From contig NZ_CP187259.1 in NCBI RefSeq assembly GCF_049676595.1, positions 1,376,975 to 1,400,974 on the forward strand: a stretch of 24,000 nt of DNA, in the 5' to 3' direction. Numbering within the stretch: position 1 is the stretch's first letter; each line of letters starts with the position of its first letter. The notes under the pieces are model-generated. The model saw nothing but the letters and a program-made list of their open reading frames with translations, did not search any database and had not been told where the DNA came from. The position numbers were made by a program, and so were the translations under genes. Below, piece after piece: positions 9,208 to 15,533 of the stretch. The stretch comes from Methanocella sp. MCL-LM. Its GTDB lineage: Archaea > Halobacteriota > Methanocellia > Methanocellales > Methanocellaceae.

Positions 9208-9540
9208 TCACCCGTGGGCCACGTGCTCGACGCACAGATCAAACAACTGCTTGACATGGCCATCGTCTATCGAGTAGAATGTCGATCGGCCTTCCCTGCG
9301 CGCTTTCACTATGCGCAGCGTCCGCAGCGTGCCGAGCTGGTGAGAGATGGCCGACTGGGTCATGTCCAGCGCGGCGGCTATCTCCTGCACCTTCAGCTCC
9401 CGGTGCTCCAGGACGTCCAGGATGCGCAGCCGGGTCACATCGCCCAGCGCTTTGAAGATCTCAGCGGCGTCGGCGAGGCACCTGGCCTTTTGTTCATCCC
9501 GGCGCTGCGGGCCGATCAATTCATGGGAATGGTTGAACAT
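9208..9540 (-). CDS. ArsR/SmtB-family metal-responsive repressor with an alpha5-type site
   Basis: Winged HTH: FKALGDVTRLRILDVL...VQEIAAALDMTQSAISHQL. C-terminal DGH-x10-H-x2-H (DDGHVKQLFDLCVEHVAH) matches DxHx10Hx2H. There is no CXC in alpha3. Confidence 0.9.
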   Translation of the reverse strand: MFNHSHELIGPQRRDEQKARCLADAAEIFKALGDVTRLRILDVLEHRELKVQEIAAALDMTQSAISHQLGTLRTLRIVKARREGRSTFYSIDDGHVKQLFDLCVEHVAHG

Positions 9541-9559
9541 ATGAATGACTGTTCATATG
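9538..9559. promoter_or_regulatory. Candidate ArsR/SmtB operator (inverted repeat CATATGAA-N6-TTCATATG) overlapping the arsR start codon, downstream of a TATA-like box
   Basis: catatgaa (9538-9545) and ttcatatg (9552-9559) are exact reverse complements. On the minus strand AAAGTATAAATA (around 9566-9577) lies just under 30 nt upstream of the ATG at 9540, suggesting a leaderless transcript. Confidence 0.45.
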
Positions 9560-9668
9560 AATTGATGTTATTTATACTTTCCGTAAAAACCGAAAAAAAT
9601 TACGAAAAAGGGGGCGTCGGCAAGTATGACTCAAAAGCCCCGGCTGGGCAGGCGACTAAGCAGACGAT

Positions 9669-9822
9669 CGCTGCGCTGTGCCAGGATCACAGATTGAAAC
9701 AGATTGCACCGATTGCACAGATGGCTTCCGGATCGATAGTGATGGATGACTAATATTCTTAAAGTTGTATCTGTGTAATCCGTGCCATCTGTCGTAATCT
9801 GTGATCCTGGCACAGCGCAGCG
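9669..9822. repeat. Large palindromic element: 27-bp perfect inverted repeat arms separated by 100 bp, with imperfect symmetry continuing inward
   Basis: 9669-9695 cgctgcgctgtgccaggatcacagatt is the exact reverse complement of 9796-9822. The inner arms carry symmetric short CAGAT(T/G)G / ATCTG repeats. Confidence 0.9.
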
Positions 9823-9846
9823 TTCGTGTGCCTACTCCGGATAGCC

Positions 9847-10044
9847 TTAACACTCTACGACAGGCTTGCTTAGCTCTTCGAACCCGTAAATGTGGGTATA
9901 GACGTTCTTGCACTCGTCACTGCAGAAACCGGATGAGATTTCTCCATGCTCTTCGCTATATTTGCGTTCACACATCATACAACGCATAATCCAATCCCCG
10001 TTGTAAATGGGCTCTGGCATACATAAACAATTTGCTCTTTCCAC
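9847..10044 (-). CDS. Small Cys-rich zinc-ribbon-like protein (start uncertain: GTG at 10044 or ATG at 9987)
   Basis: CMMC-x(15)-FCSDEC arrangement (CxxC...FCSxxC), resembling small archaeal zinc-ribbon proteins. A TATA-like TATATAATTAAC lies upstream on the minus strand (around 10068-10080). Confidence 0.45.
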   Translation of the reverse strand: MERANCLCMPEPIYNGDWIMRCMMCERKYSEEHGEISSGFCSDECKNVYTHIYGFEELSKPVVEC

Positions 10045-10164
10045 GGGGCAAACATGATATACGGTTAATTATATATTCAGTTAGGCCGGCAAGCGAGATA
10101 CACAATGTTTATATGTTACCGGCATAATTACTCTCGATAAAACGCAGAATACCGGAGACCGACT

Positions 10165-11499
10165 ATGGTACTAGACAACCTCGGCACCTCGCTGAAGGAC
10201 GCCCTCAAGAAGATCGCCAATTCCGGCAAGATCGACAAGGAAGTCATCGACGAAGTGGTCAAGGACATCCAGCGGGCCATGATTCAGGCCGATGTGAACG
10301 TGCGGTTAGTGATGAAGCTCTCCAGCCAGATCAAGAACAGGGCGCTCACCGAAGCCCCGCCGGCCGGCATGAACTCGAAGGAGCACGTGCTAAGGATAGT
10401 TTACACTGAGCTTGTCAACATCGTCGGCAAGGCCACTCCCGTGGCTTTACAGTCCCAGACGATCATGATGGTGGGCTTGCAGGGTTCCGGTAAGACGACA
10501 ACGTCCGCCAAGATCGCCAGGTACTTCGCCCGCAAGGGCCTGAAGCCGGCAGTCATCTGCGCAGACACCTACAGGCCCGGTGCCTACGACCAGCTGAAGC
10601 AGCTGTGCGACAAGCTGGGAGTCGGCTTCTACGGGGAGGCCGGCAACAAGGATGCCGTCGCCATCGTCCGCAACGGGCTGAAAGAGATGGCGAAGTACGA
10701 CATCAAGATCGTGGACACGGCAGGCCGGCACGCGCTGGAGACCGACCTCATCCAGGAAATGAAGGACATCTACGGGCTGACCAAGTTCGACCACAAGCTG
10801 CTGGTGCTCGATGCAGCCATCGGCCAGCAGGCCAGCGAACAGGCCAAAGCCTTCAACGACGCGATCGGCATCACCGGCGTAGTCATCACCAAGCTCGACG
10901 GTACCGCAAAAGGTGGCGGTGCGCTGTCGGCTGTATCTGATACTAATACCTCCATCGCCTTCATCGGTGTCGGCGAGACGCCGGACGACATGGAGAGGTT
11001 CGATCCCGACGGGTTCATCTCCCGGCTGCTCGGCATGGGCGACCTCAAGGCCCTCGTGGAAAGGGCCAACGAAGTCCTGCTGAAGGACGACGTCAACGTC
11101 GAGAAGATGATGCAGGGCAAGTTCACCCTGAACGACATGTACGACCAGCTCGAGGCTATCAACAAGATGGGTCCCCTCAAGCAGATCATGTCCATGCTTC
11201 CGTTAGGCGGCCTGGGTGGGAACATCACCGACGACATGTACAAGATGACCCAGGACAAGCTCAAGGGCTACAAGGTCATCATGGACTCCATGACCGCCGC
11301 AGAGCGCGACGATCCTAAATTAATAGGCAGCAGCCGCATCGTCAGGGTCGCCCACGGCTCCGGCAAGTCCGCCGACGAAGTCCGGGAACTGCTCAAGTAC
11401 CACAAGATGATGCAGAAGGCCATGAAAGGCATGAAAGGCGGCGGCCCCGGCGGCAAGATGAACATGCAAAAAATGATGAAGCAGATGGGGATGAAGTAG
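10165..11499 (+). CDS. srp54: Signal recognition particle protein SRP54
   Basis: N domain, then G domain ([19 protein letters not shown]), then a Met-rich M domain ([30 protein letters not shown]). Confidence 0.95.
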   Translation: MVLDNLGTSLKDALKKIANSGKIDKEVIDEVVKDIQRAMIQADVNVRLVMKLSSQIKNRALTEAPPAGMNSKEHVLRIVYTELVNIVGKATPVALQSQTIMMVGLQGSGKTTTSAKIARYFARKGLKPAVICADTYRPGAYDQLKQLCDKLGVGFYGEAGNKDAVAIVRNGLKEMAKYDIKIVDTAGRHALETDLIQEMKDIYGLTKFDHKLLVLDAAIGQQASEQAKAFNDAIGITGVVITKLDGTAKGGGALSAVSDTNTSIAFIGVGETPDDMERFDPDGFISRLLGMGDLKALVERANEVLLKDDVNVEKMMQGKFTLNDMYDQLEAINKMGPLKQIMSMLPLGGLGGNITDDMYKMTQDKLKGYKVIMDSMTAAERDDPKLIGSSRIVRVAHGSGKSADEVRELLKYHKMMQKAMKGMKGGGPGGKMNMQKMMKQMGMK

Positions 11500-11565
11500 C
11501 TACCCTGAACTATTCTTGCATCATCTTAACATCTGCATAACCAATTATTTTTAAATCACATCTTC

Positions 11566-11793
11566 GCGGGTCGACGTCCGACCCTTCGGGTCGGCCTACT
11601 CCGGTTTTTCAGGTGCTCCTATGTCCAGGCCGCGCTCGCACCCTCGTCGGTCCAGGCAGCTCGCACTTCGTTGCTCGCCCCCTGAACCTCCTTCGCAAGC
11701 GCTAAGCACCGCCACCTTCGGTAGGCGGTCATTGCCTGGCCATCTCCGCATCCGGCTGATGCCGGACAAGCCTGAAAAACCTCCGTCGACCGC
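11566..11793. ncRNA. Candidate structured non-coding RNA or element (family and strand unknown)
   Basis: Nested long-range pairing. Segment 11566-11576 pairs with 11784-11793 (10 bp, one bulge). Segment 11603-11613 ggtttttcagg pairs with 11771-11781 cctgaaaaacc (11 bp, perfect). Local hairpins lie at 11578-11594 (ccgaccc-ttc-gggtcgg), 11708-11729 (UUCG-type loop) and 11751-11766 (tccggc-tgat-gccgga). ORFs here have implausible Arg/Pro/Ser-rich products. Confidence 0.3.
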
Positions 11794-11910
11794 TTTGGTT
11801 GCTGTTTTAGTTCTGTGCGCATTTTGTGAGCGGGCATCAAGTAGCTCTTACGAACGCCCTTGGCGCCATCCATCCACAATAATTAATACTCTTAAGCCTA
11901 ACTATCCACC

Positions 11911-12489
11911 ATGCGCAGGTTCGTCGTCGTGGGCCATAAGGCTGTCACTAACCCGAAATTTTCCTTGAACGATCTTCCCGGCGGAGCGGGCCGGATGGAT
12001 ATCATCGCCCGGTGCGTTAACGCATCGCTGTTTTTATCGCACGACCTGCGGAGGGATGTGGAGTTCTTTGCCGTGCTTCTCGGGGAGCCTGCTCCGCCAG
12101 TCACGATCAAGTTCAGCGGCGAGCACGTGCGGTATCTCAGCCCGGACGAGCGGAGCCCGGCGGCGCTGATCAAGAAGGCGCTGGAGAGGGGCATACCGCC
12201 GGAGGGCGAGGCTGAGGCGACGCCTGGCGTCTACATCTCTAAGAGGTCGTTCGCCGACGTGATCAGCGGCATGGATAACCTGGTCTACCTGCATGAGGAT
12301 GGGGAAGACATCCGAAGCGTGGAGCTGACCGGGAACGAGACATTTGTGCTTAGCGATCACCAGAACCTGACTCCCGAGGAGGAGGCGGTGTTGGATGCTA
12401 AGGGCGCGAAGAAGGTCAGCCTTGGCAAGAAGCTGTACCACGCCGACCACTGCATCGTCATGGTGAACTGGGAGACCGACCGGCGCTGA
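11911..12489 (+). CDS. trmY: tRNA (pseudouridine54-N1)-methyltransferase TrmY (SPOUT, DUF358 family)
   Basis: MRRFVVVGHKAVTNPKFSLNDLPGGAGRMDIIARCVNASLFLSHDLRRDV matches the conserved N-terminal block of archaeal TrmY. 192 aa. Confidence 0.85.
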   Translation: MRRFVVVGHKAVTNPKFSLNDLPGGAGRMDIIARCVNASLFLSHDLRRDVEFFAVLLGEPAPPVTIKFSGEHVRYLSPDERSPAALIKKALERGIPPEGEAEATPGVYISKRSFADVISGMDNLVYLHEDGEDIRSVELTGNETFVLSDHQNLTPEEEAVLDAKGAKKVSLGKKLYHADHCIVMVNWETDRR

Positions 12490-12490
12490 G

Positions 12491-12525
12491 GCGCCGGAAT
12501 ATCCGGCCTGCACCTTTTCCTTTTT
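12491..12525 (+). terminator. Weak hairpin plus T-rich tract after trmY
   Basis: gccgg-aatat-ccggc (12493-12507) followed by ccttttccttttt (12513-12525). Confidence 0.4.
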
Positions 12526-12594
12526 GGGCGATGTCGCCCGACCCCCAGAGTAAGAATTAACTACAAATCCAGCCTATTCTACACCGGTGGTTAT

Positions 12595-13116
12595 TTGAGA
12601 AGCATCAGTCCTCACGATACCAGTTTCGACCCTGTGCGCCTTGAACCCGAGCCTGCGGTCTTAGATTATGCCGGCTTCCTGGTCCGCCTGGTCGCCTTTC
12701 TGATCGACTCTTTTGTCATGGGAATCATCGGCTTTGTCATCCTGATCCCGGCTATGATCATCTACCTGGCAGCGATCTTCATGAGCACCTCCGACGAGGC
12801 TAACATCATGATGCTCCTGATTGCCGTGCTTGTGATCTTCATCTCAGTACTGATCGAAGTCATCGTCTTCGTGGTCTACAACGCCTGGTTCGAGAGCTCC
12901 AAATACCAGGGCACGCCGGGTAAAATCCTGCTCAAGCTCAAAGTCGTCGATGAGCAGGGAAACCGTATCGGCTTCGTCACGGCAGCGCTCAGGTATATCC
13001 TCAAGACCGTGTTCGCCAACTTCTTCTACATCGGCTTCATCTTCATCCTGTTCAACGATAAGAAACAGGGGCTGTACGACTTGCTGTTGAAGACCTGCGT
13101 GGTCCAGGAAGAGTAA
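12595..13116 (+). CDS. RDD-family membrane protein (non-ATG TTG start in track; start uncertain)
   Basis: YAGFLVRLVAFLIDSFVMGIIG is a typical RDD-domain opening. There are three hydrophobic helices and a C-terminal GLYDLLLKTCVV. Confidence 0.8.
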   Translation: MRSISPHDTSFDPVRLEPEPAVLDYAGFLVRLVAFLIDSFVMGIIGFVILIPAMIIYLAAIFMSTSDEANIMMLLIAVLVIFISVLIEVIVFVVYNAWFESSKYQGTPGKILLKLKVVDEQGNRIGFVTAALRYILKTVFANFFYIGFIFILFNDKKQGLYDLLLKTCVVQEE

Positions 13117-13224
13117 TTTTCTATTTTTTACCTTAGCCCTCAAACGATAGCGGCACCCGGGCAGCTGTAAGTCCATCGAATGGTTTATTAAGCCAGGAAT
13201 AAAAACTGCTTACAGGGTATTGAC

Positions 13225-13761
13225 TTGAGTGGTAAACTGTTCATCTGTTGTTCTCTGATCGTAGTCGCAGGCTTACTCGTGAGCGGGTGCTGCGGCTGCT
13301 GCATTCCGACTGATCCGGGTACGCCGGATACTCCCGGAAACATCTATTCCGGTCCGGGAACCCGGACAGACATCGATAGCGACCTCGTCGGGGCATGGGG
13401 TGACTCGGGCACGATGGGTAGTCTTGTGGACTCTGCAGGCAACTATGTTGGCGCCGCATATTCGGGACAGGCCTACCGTTTCAACAGTGACGGCACTTAC
13501 ATGTACCGGATCATCGGCTCCGGCACGATCATCAAAGGCCTGGTCGAAGTCCACGGCAAATACCGGGTGAGCGGCGATCAGCTCTACCTGTACGATAATA
13601 AGGAAAGCTTCTACCCGTTTGCCGGCGAGAAAAGAGCGCCGACCAGGGACGAGCCCGGGCAAGACGAAACTTATAAGTACTGGTTCGAGGACGGGACAGA
13701 AACGCTGGCTTTGAGAAGTATAGATAGCGATTACGTAGAGCGCTTCCACCGAGCGGAATAA
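13225..13761 (+). CDS. Secreted or lipobox-like protein, hypothetical (Cys cluster after the signal peptide)
   Basis: N-terminal hydrophobic signal FICCSLIVVAGLLVSGCCGCC, then a Gly/Tyr-rich, probably beta-rich domain. TTG start in the track. Confidence 0.6.
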   Translation: MSGKLFICCSLIVVAGLLVSGCCGCCIPTDPGTPDTPGNIYSGPGTRTDIDSDLVGAWGDSGTMGSLVDSAGNYVGAAYSGQAYRFNSDGTYMYRIIGSGTIIKGLVEVHGKYRVSGDQLYLYDNKESFYPFAGEKRAPTRDEPGQDETYKYWFEDGTETLALRSIDSDYVERFHRAE

Positions 13762-13768
13762 AATTAAA

Positions 13769-13789
13769 AGGCCTGCGGGCCTATTTTTT
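13769..13789. terminator. Bidirectional hairpin terminator between convergent genes (lipoprotein gene and hgcB)
   Basis: aggcc-tgcg-ggcct (13769-13782) is flanked by AAAA upstream and TTTTTT (13784-13789) downstream, so either strand reads hairpin plus U-tract. It overlaps the hgcB stop codon (13781-13783). Confidence 0.55.
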
Positions 13790-14137
13790 CTCTCCGCACC
13801 CGCAGGACGTTTCGCTCGCCCCTGATCCGCAGCAGCCACCGTCGCCGCAGACCTCCGGGCCTCCGGTGAGCGCAGCGTGGATCATGGCAGCAGCGCAGCC
13901 TACGCCGCTCTGGACCTTGATGGCGCCAGTCGGGCAGTTGAGCTGGCAGGCGCCGCATTCCATGCAGGCTTCCTTTCGCTCGAGCTTTGCCACGGCCTTC
14001 GCCTTCATCAGCAGGTTTGTGCTCTTGCGCTCTTCGTGCCCGAAGACCGCGTGCGGGCAGACGTTCCAGCACATGCCGCAGCCTACACACTTGTTCGGTA
14101 AGTACTCCAGCGTGTTTTCTTTGTAGGAGTTGAACAT
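13781..14137 (-). CDS. hgcB: HgcB, 2x[4Fe-4S] ferredoxin partner of the mercury methylation corrinoid protein
   Basis: Two CxxCxxCxxxCP motifs (CVGCGMCWNVCP, CMECGACQLNCP). There is an additional conserved-position Cys (GVGCAAA) and a C-terminal Cys-rich tail with a vicinal pair (GGCCGSG...CGCG). The start overlaps the hgcA stop (TGATG at 14135-14139). AGGTGAT Shine-Dalgarno upstream. Confidence 0.87.
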   Translation of the reverse strand: MFNSYKENTLEYLPNKCVGCGMCWNVCPHAVFGHEERKSTNLLMKAKAVAKLERKEACMECGACQLNCPTGAIKVQSGVGCAAAMIHAALTGGPEVCGDGGCCGSGASETSCGCGEKK

Positions 14138-15138
14138 CAGATCACCTTCAGGAAATTAAGCGCTGCTACTGCGAGCTGGATGACCGTGCCGAGGCCTGCC
14201 ATGATCGCCATTATTGGGATGTACCTGTAGATCTCCTTGCGGACGCCGGTGCGGGAAGGGAACGGTGTGGCGCCGGTGAAGTTCAGCGACAGGTACGCCG
14301 TGATAGGTGGCATGATCAGCGGGAAGGTCAGCATCCACAGTGCGGTCCATACGGTTACCTGGGGGTTGCTTAGGTATGTGTACCCGGCGAACGGGAGTGC
14401 CAGTATCAGTCCGAGGAACAGTCCCTTTGAGCTGTAGTCCTTAGTCGGCAAGTACGGGAGCAGTACCGGAAAGAGCACTACGCCTGCCAGCACTGCCGTT
14501 ACCGCCGCGAGGGCGGAGACCAGGCCGCCGGTGAGGAAGCCGGCAATCGTAATCAGAATGGCCGGGATAACTGATGCCACCAGCTCTACGGGAATCAGCA
14601 CAACTCGGTCGGCTACCGGGAACTTCACTCTGCGCATCTCCGGAGTGGCTTTACTTCCGGCTTGCAGGTAGTCTTTGATATCGGCTGCCCGTACCGGGCC
14701 GTACTCTACTTTGAAGCCGCTCCGCTTCGTCACCTCGAACGCGTTGACACCCGGGGCGCCAAGCTGCGGCAGGATCAGCTTTTTATGCGACACGACGTTA
14801 GCCAGCCCGGTGACAGCGATCCGGTTGACCAGCTCGTCGGTGCCGAAGGTGCCTTTGCCGGCAGCGCACCAGACGTTGATACCATAAGTGTTAATCACCA
14901 AAATGTAGCAGTCGATACCCTTCAGCGCGGAGCGCAGGGCGTCGAAGCTGAGCGTATAGTTTGCGGTCACGAACACAGGCGATTCCTTCTCTGGCCTGCC
15001 CAGCGCATACAGGCCGGGCTCTACCAGGTGCTGGTTACGCTTCCAGGACCAGCGTGCAAGGAAATGGTCAAATCGATTTTTCCAGGTTATGTCGCTGTCG
15101 ATCGCAGCTACCATTGGTTTCACGAGCGATGCTTCCAT
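14137..15138 (-). CDS. hgcA: HgcA, corrinoid protein required for mercury methylation
   Basis: Hallmark cap-helix motif GINVWCAAGKGTFGT. The flanking conserved blocks VEPGLYALGRP, PVFVTANY, SFDALRS and LILPQLGAPGV are present. The C-terminal domain has multiple TM helices. 333 aa. Confidence 0.93.
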   Translation of the reverse strand: MEASLVKPMVAAIDSDITWKNRFDHFLARWSWKRNQHLVEPGLYALGRPEKESPVFVTANYTLSFDALRSALKGIDCYILVINTYGINVWCAAGKGTFGTDELVNRIAVTGLANVVSHKKLILPQLGAPGVNAFEVTKRSGFKVEYGPVRAADIKDYLQAGSKATPEMRRVKFPVADRVVLIPVELVASVIPAILITIAGFLTGGLVSALAAVTAVLAGVVLFPVLLPYLPTKDYSSKGLFLGLILALPFAGYTYLSNPQVTVWTALWMLTFPLIMPPITAYLSLNFTGATPFPSRTGVRKEIYRYIPIMAIMAGLGTVIQLAVAALNFLKVI

Positions 15139-15149
15139 GTCTAAACCCC

Positions 15150-15443
15150 CTACTCCGGGCCCAGTTCCTTCACCATCGGCCCAAGCATGTCCTTGACCAT
15201 GCCTGCCAGATCGTCCGCCTTAACTAAGGACATGCAGCAGACTGCGCCGTCCTTCTCCCAGCTCACGATGGCCAGCTTGTCGCCGGGCTTGATGCCCGCC
15301 CGGTCTCTCAGGTCTTTGGGGAGCACCATCTGCCCCCGCTCGTCCACGCTGACCAGCGCTTCGACCTTCCAGGTCTGTAGCTGGGGTTTTGAGGGCGTAT
15401 CACAGCAGCCTGGCTCCGGCGAGTTCTTCAGCTTCTTTACCAT
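15150..15443 (-). CDS. AbrB/SpoVT-domain protein with two Cys-Cys pairs, apparently co-operonic with hgcAB
   Basis: SpoVT-AbrB swapped-hairpin signature VSVDERGQMVLPKDLRDRAGIKPGDKLAIV. Vicinal cysteines at PEPGCCDTP and DGAVCCMSL. The stop lies 11 nt before the hgcA ATG, with GGGGGT Shine-Dalgarno-like sequence in the gap. Confidence 0.8.
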   Translation of the reverse strand: MVKKLKNSPEPGCCDTPSKPQLQTWKVEALVSVDERGQMVLPKDLRDRAGIKPGDKLAIVSWEKDGAVCCMSLVKADDLAGMVKDMLGPMVKELGPE

Positions 15444-15493
15444 CTTATCACAATCCCCTCTACAACTGTATCCTATATAAGCATTCTGATTAT

Positions 15494-15507
15494 TCTGAAT
15501 ATTCAGA
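15494..15507. promoter_or_regulatory. Perfect 14-bp palindrome TCTGAATATTCAGA just upstream of the TATA-like box of the abrB-like/hgcAB unit
   Basis: The palindrome is at 15494-15507, with an extra TTCTGA half-site at 15485-15490. The TATA-like GCTTATATAGGA (minus strand, 15471-15482) lies about 34 nt upstream of the ATG at 15443. Confidence 0.4.
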
Positions 15508-15533
15508 TTAGATTGATATTTCCTGGGCTAGTT

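Noticed and set aside
9204-9263. N-terminal 20-codon extension of the ATPase ORF (track start 9263, MAMSSSCLICASSTWPTGDL).
   Set aside because: It would overlap the arsR coding end by 56 nt. The in-frame ATG at 9203 sits 4 nt after the arsR stop and gives a typical coupled arrangement.
9669-9822. Replication origin (ORB elements flanking an unwinding element) as an explanation for the symmetric repeats.
   Set aside because: No ORB or mini-ORB-like sequence (for example a TTCCAGTGGAAA-type core) is present. The centre is not markedly AT-rich, and no cdc6/orc1 gene is nearby.
9631-9989. ORFs 9631..9813 (-), 9656..9913 (-) and 9801..9989 (+) spanning the palindromic element.
   Set aside because: They are mutually overlapping, are generated by the inverted repeat itself, and have no motifs. 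The 9801..9989 ORF is antisense to the better-supported zinc-ribbon ORF.
11751-11781. C/D-box sRNA (CTGATGC ... CTGA).
   Set aside because: The C box is imperfect (no RUGAUGA). The C-to-D spacing is about 9 nt rather than about 12, and there are no C-prime/D-prime boxes or terminal stem.
11560-11900. SRP (7S) RNA or RNase P RNA next to srp54.
   Set aside because: I found no helix-8-like CAGG...GGAA...AGCA block and no Alu-domain UGUAA-type motifs. RNase P hallmarks (GAGGAAAGUCC, ACAGAA..CGGCUUA) are absent on either strand. It is kept only as an unclassified structured-RNA candidate.
11619-11968. ORFs 11619..11879 (-) and 11621..11968 (+) as protein-coding genes.
   Set aside because: Both products are Arg/Pro/Ser/Ala-rich low-complexity strings. 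They overlap each other and the nested helices, and the plus ORF runs into trmY out of frame.
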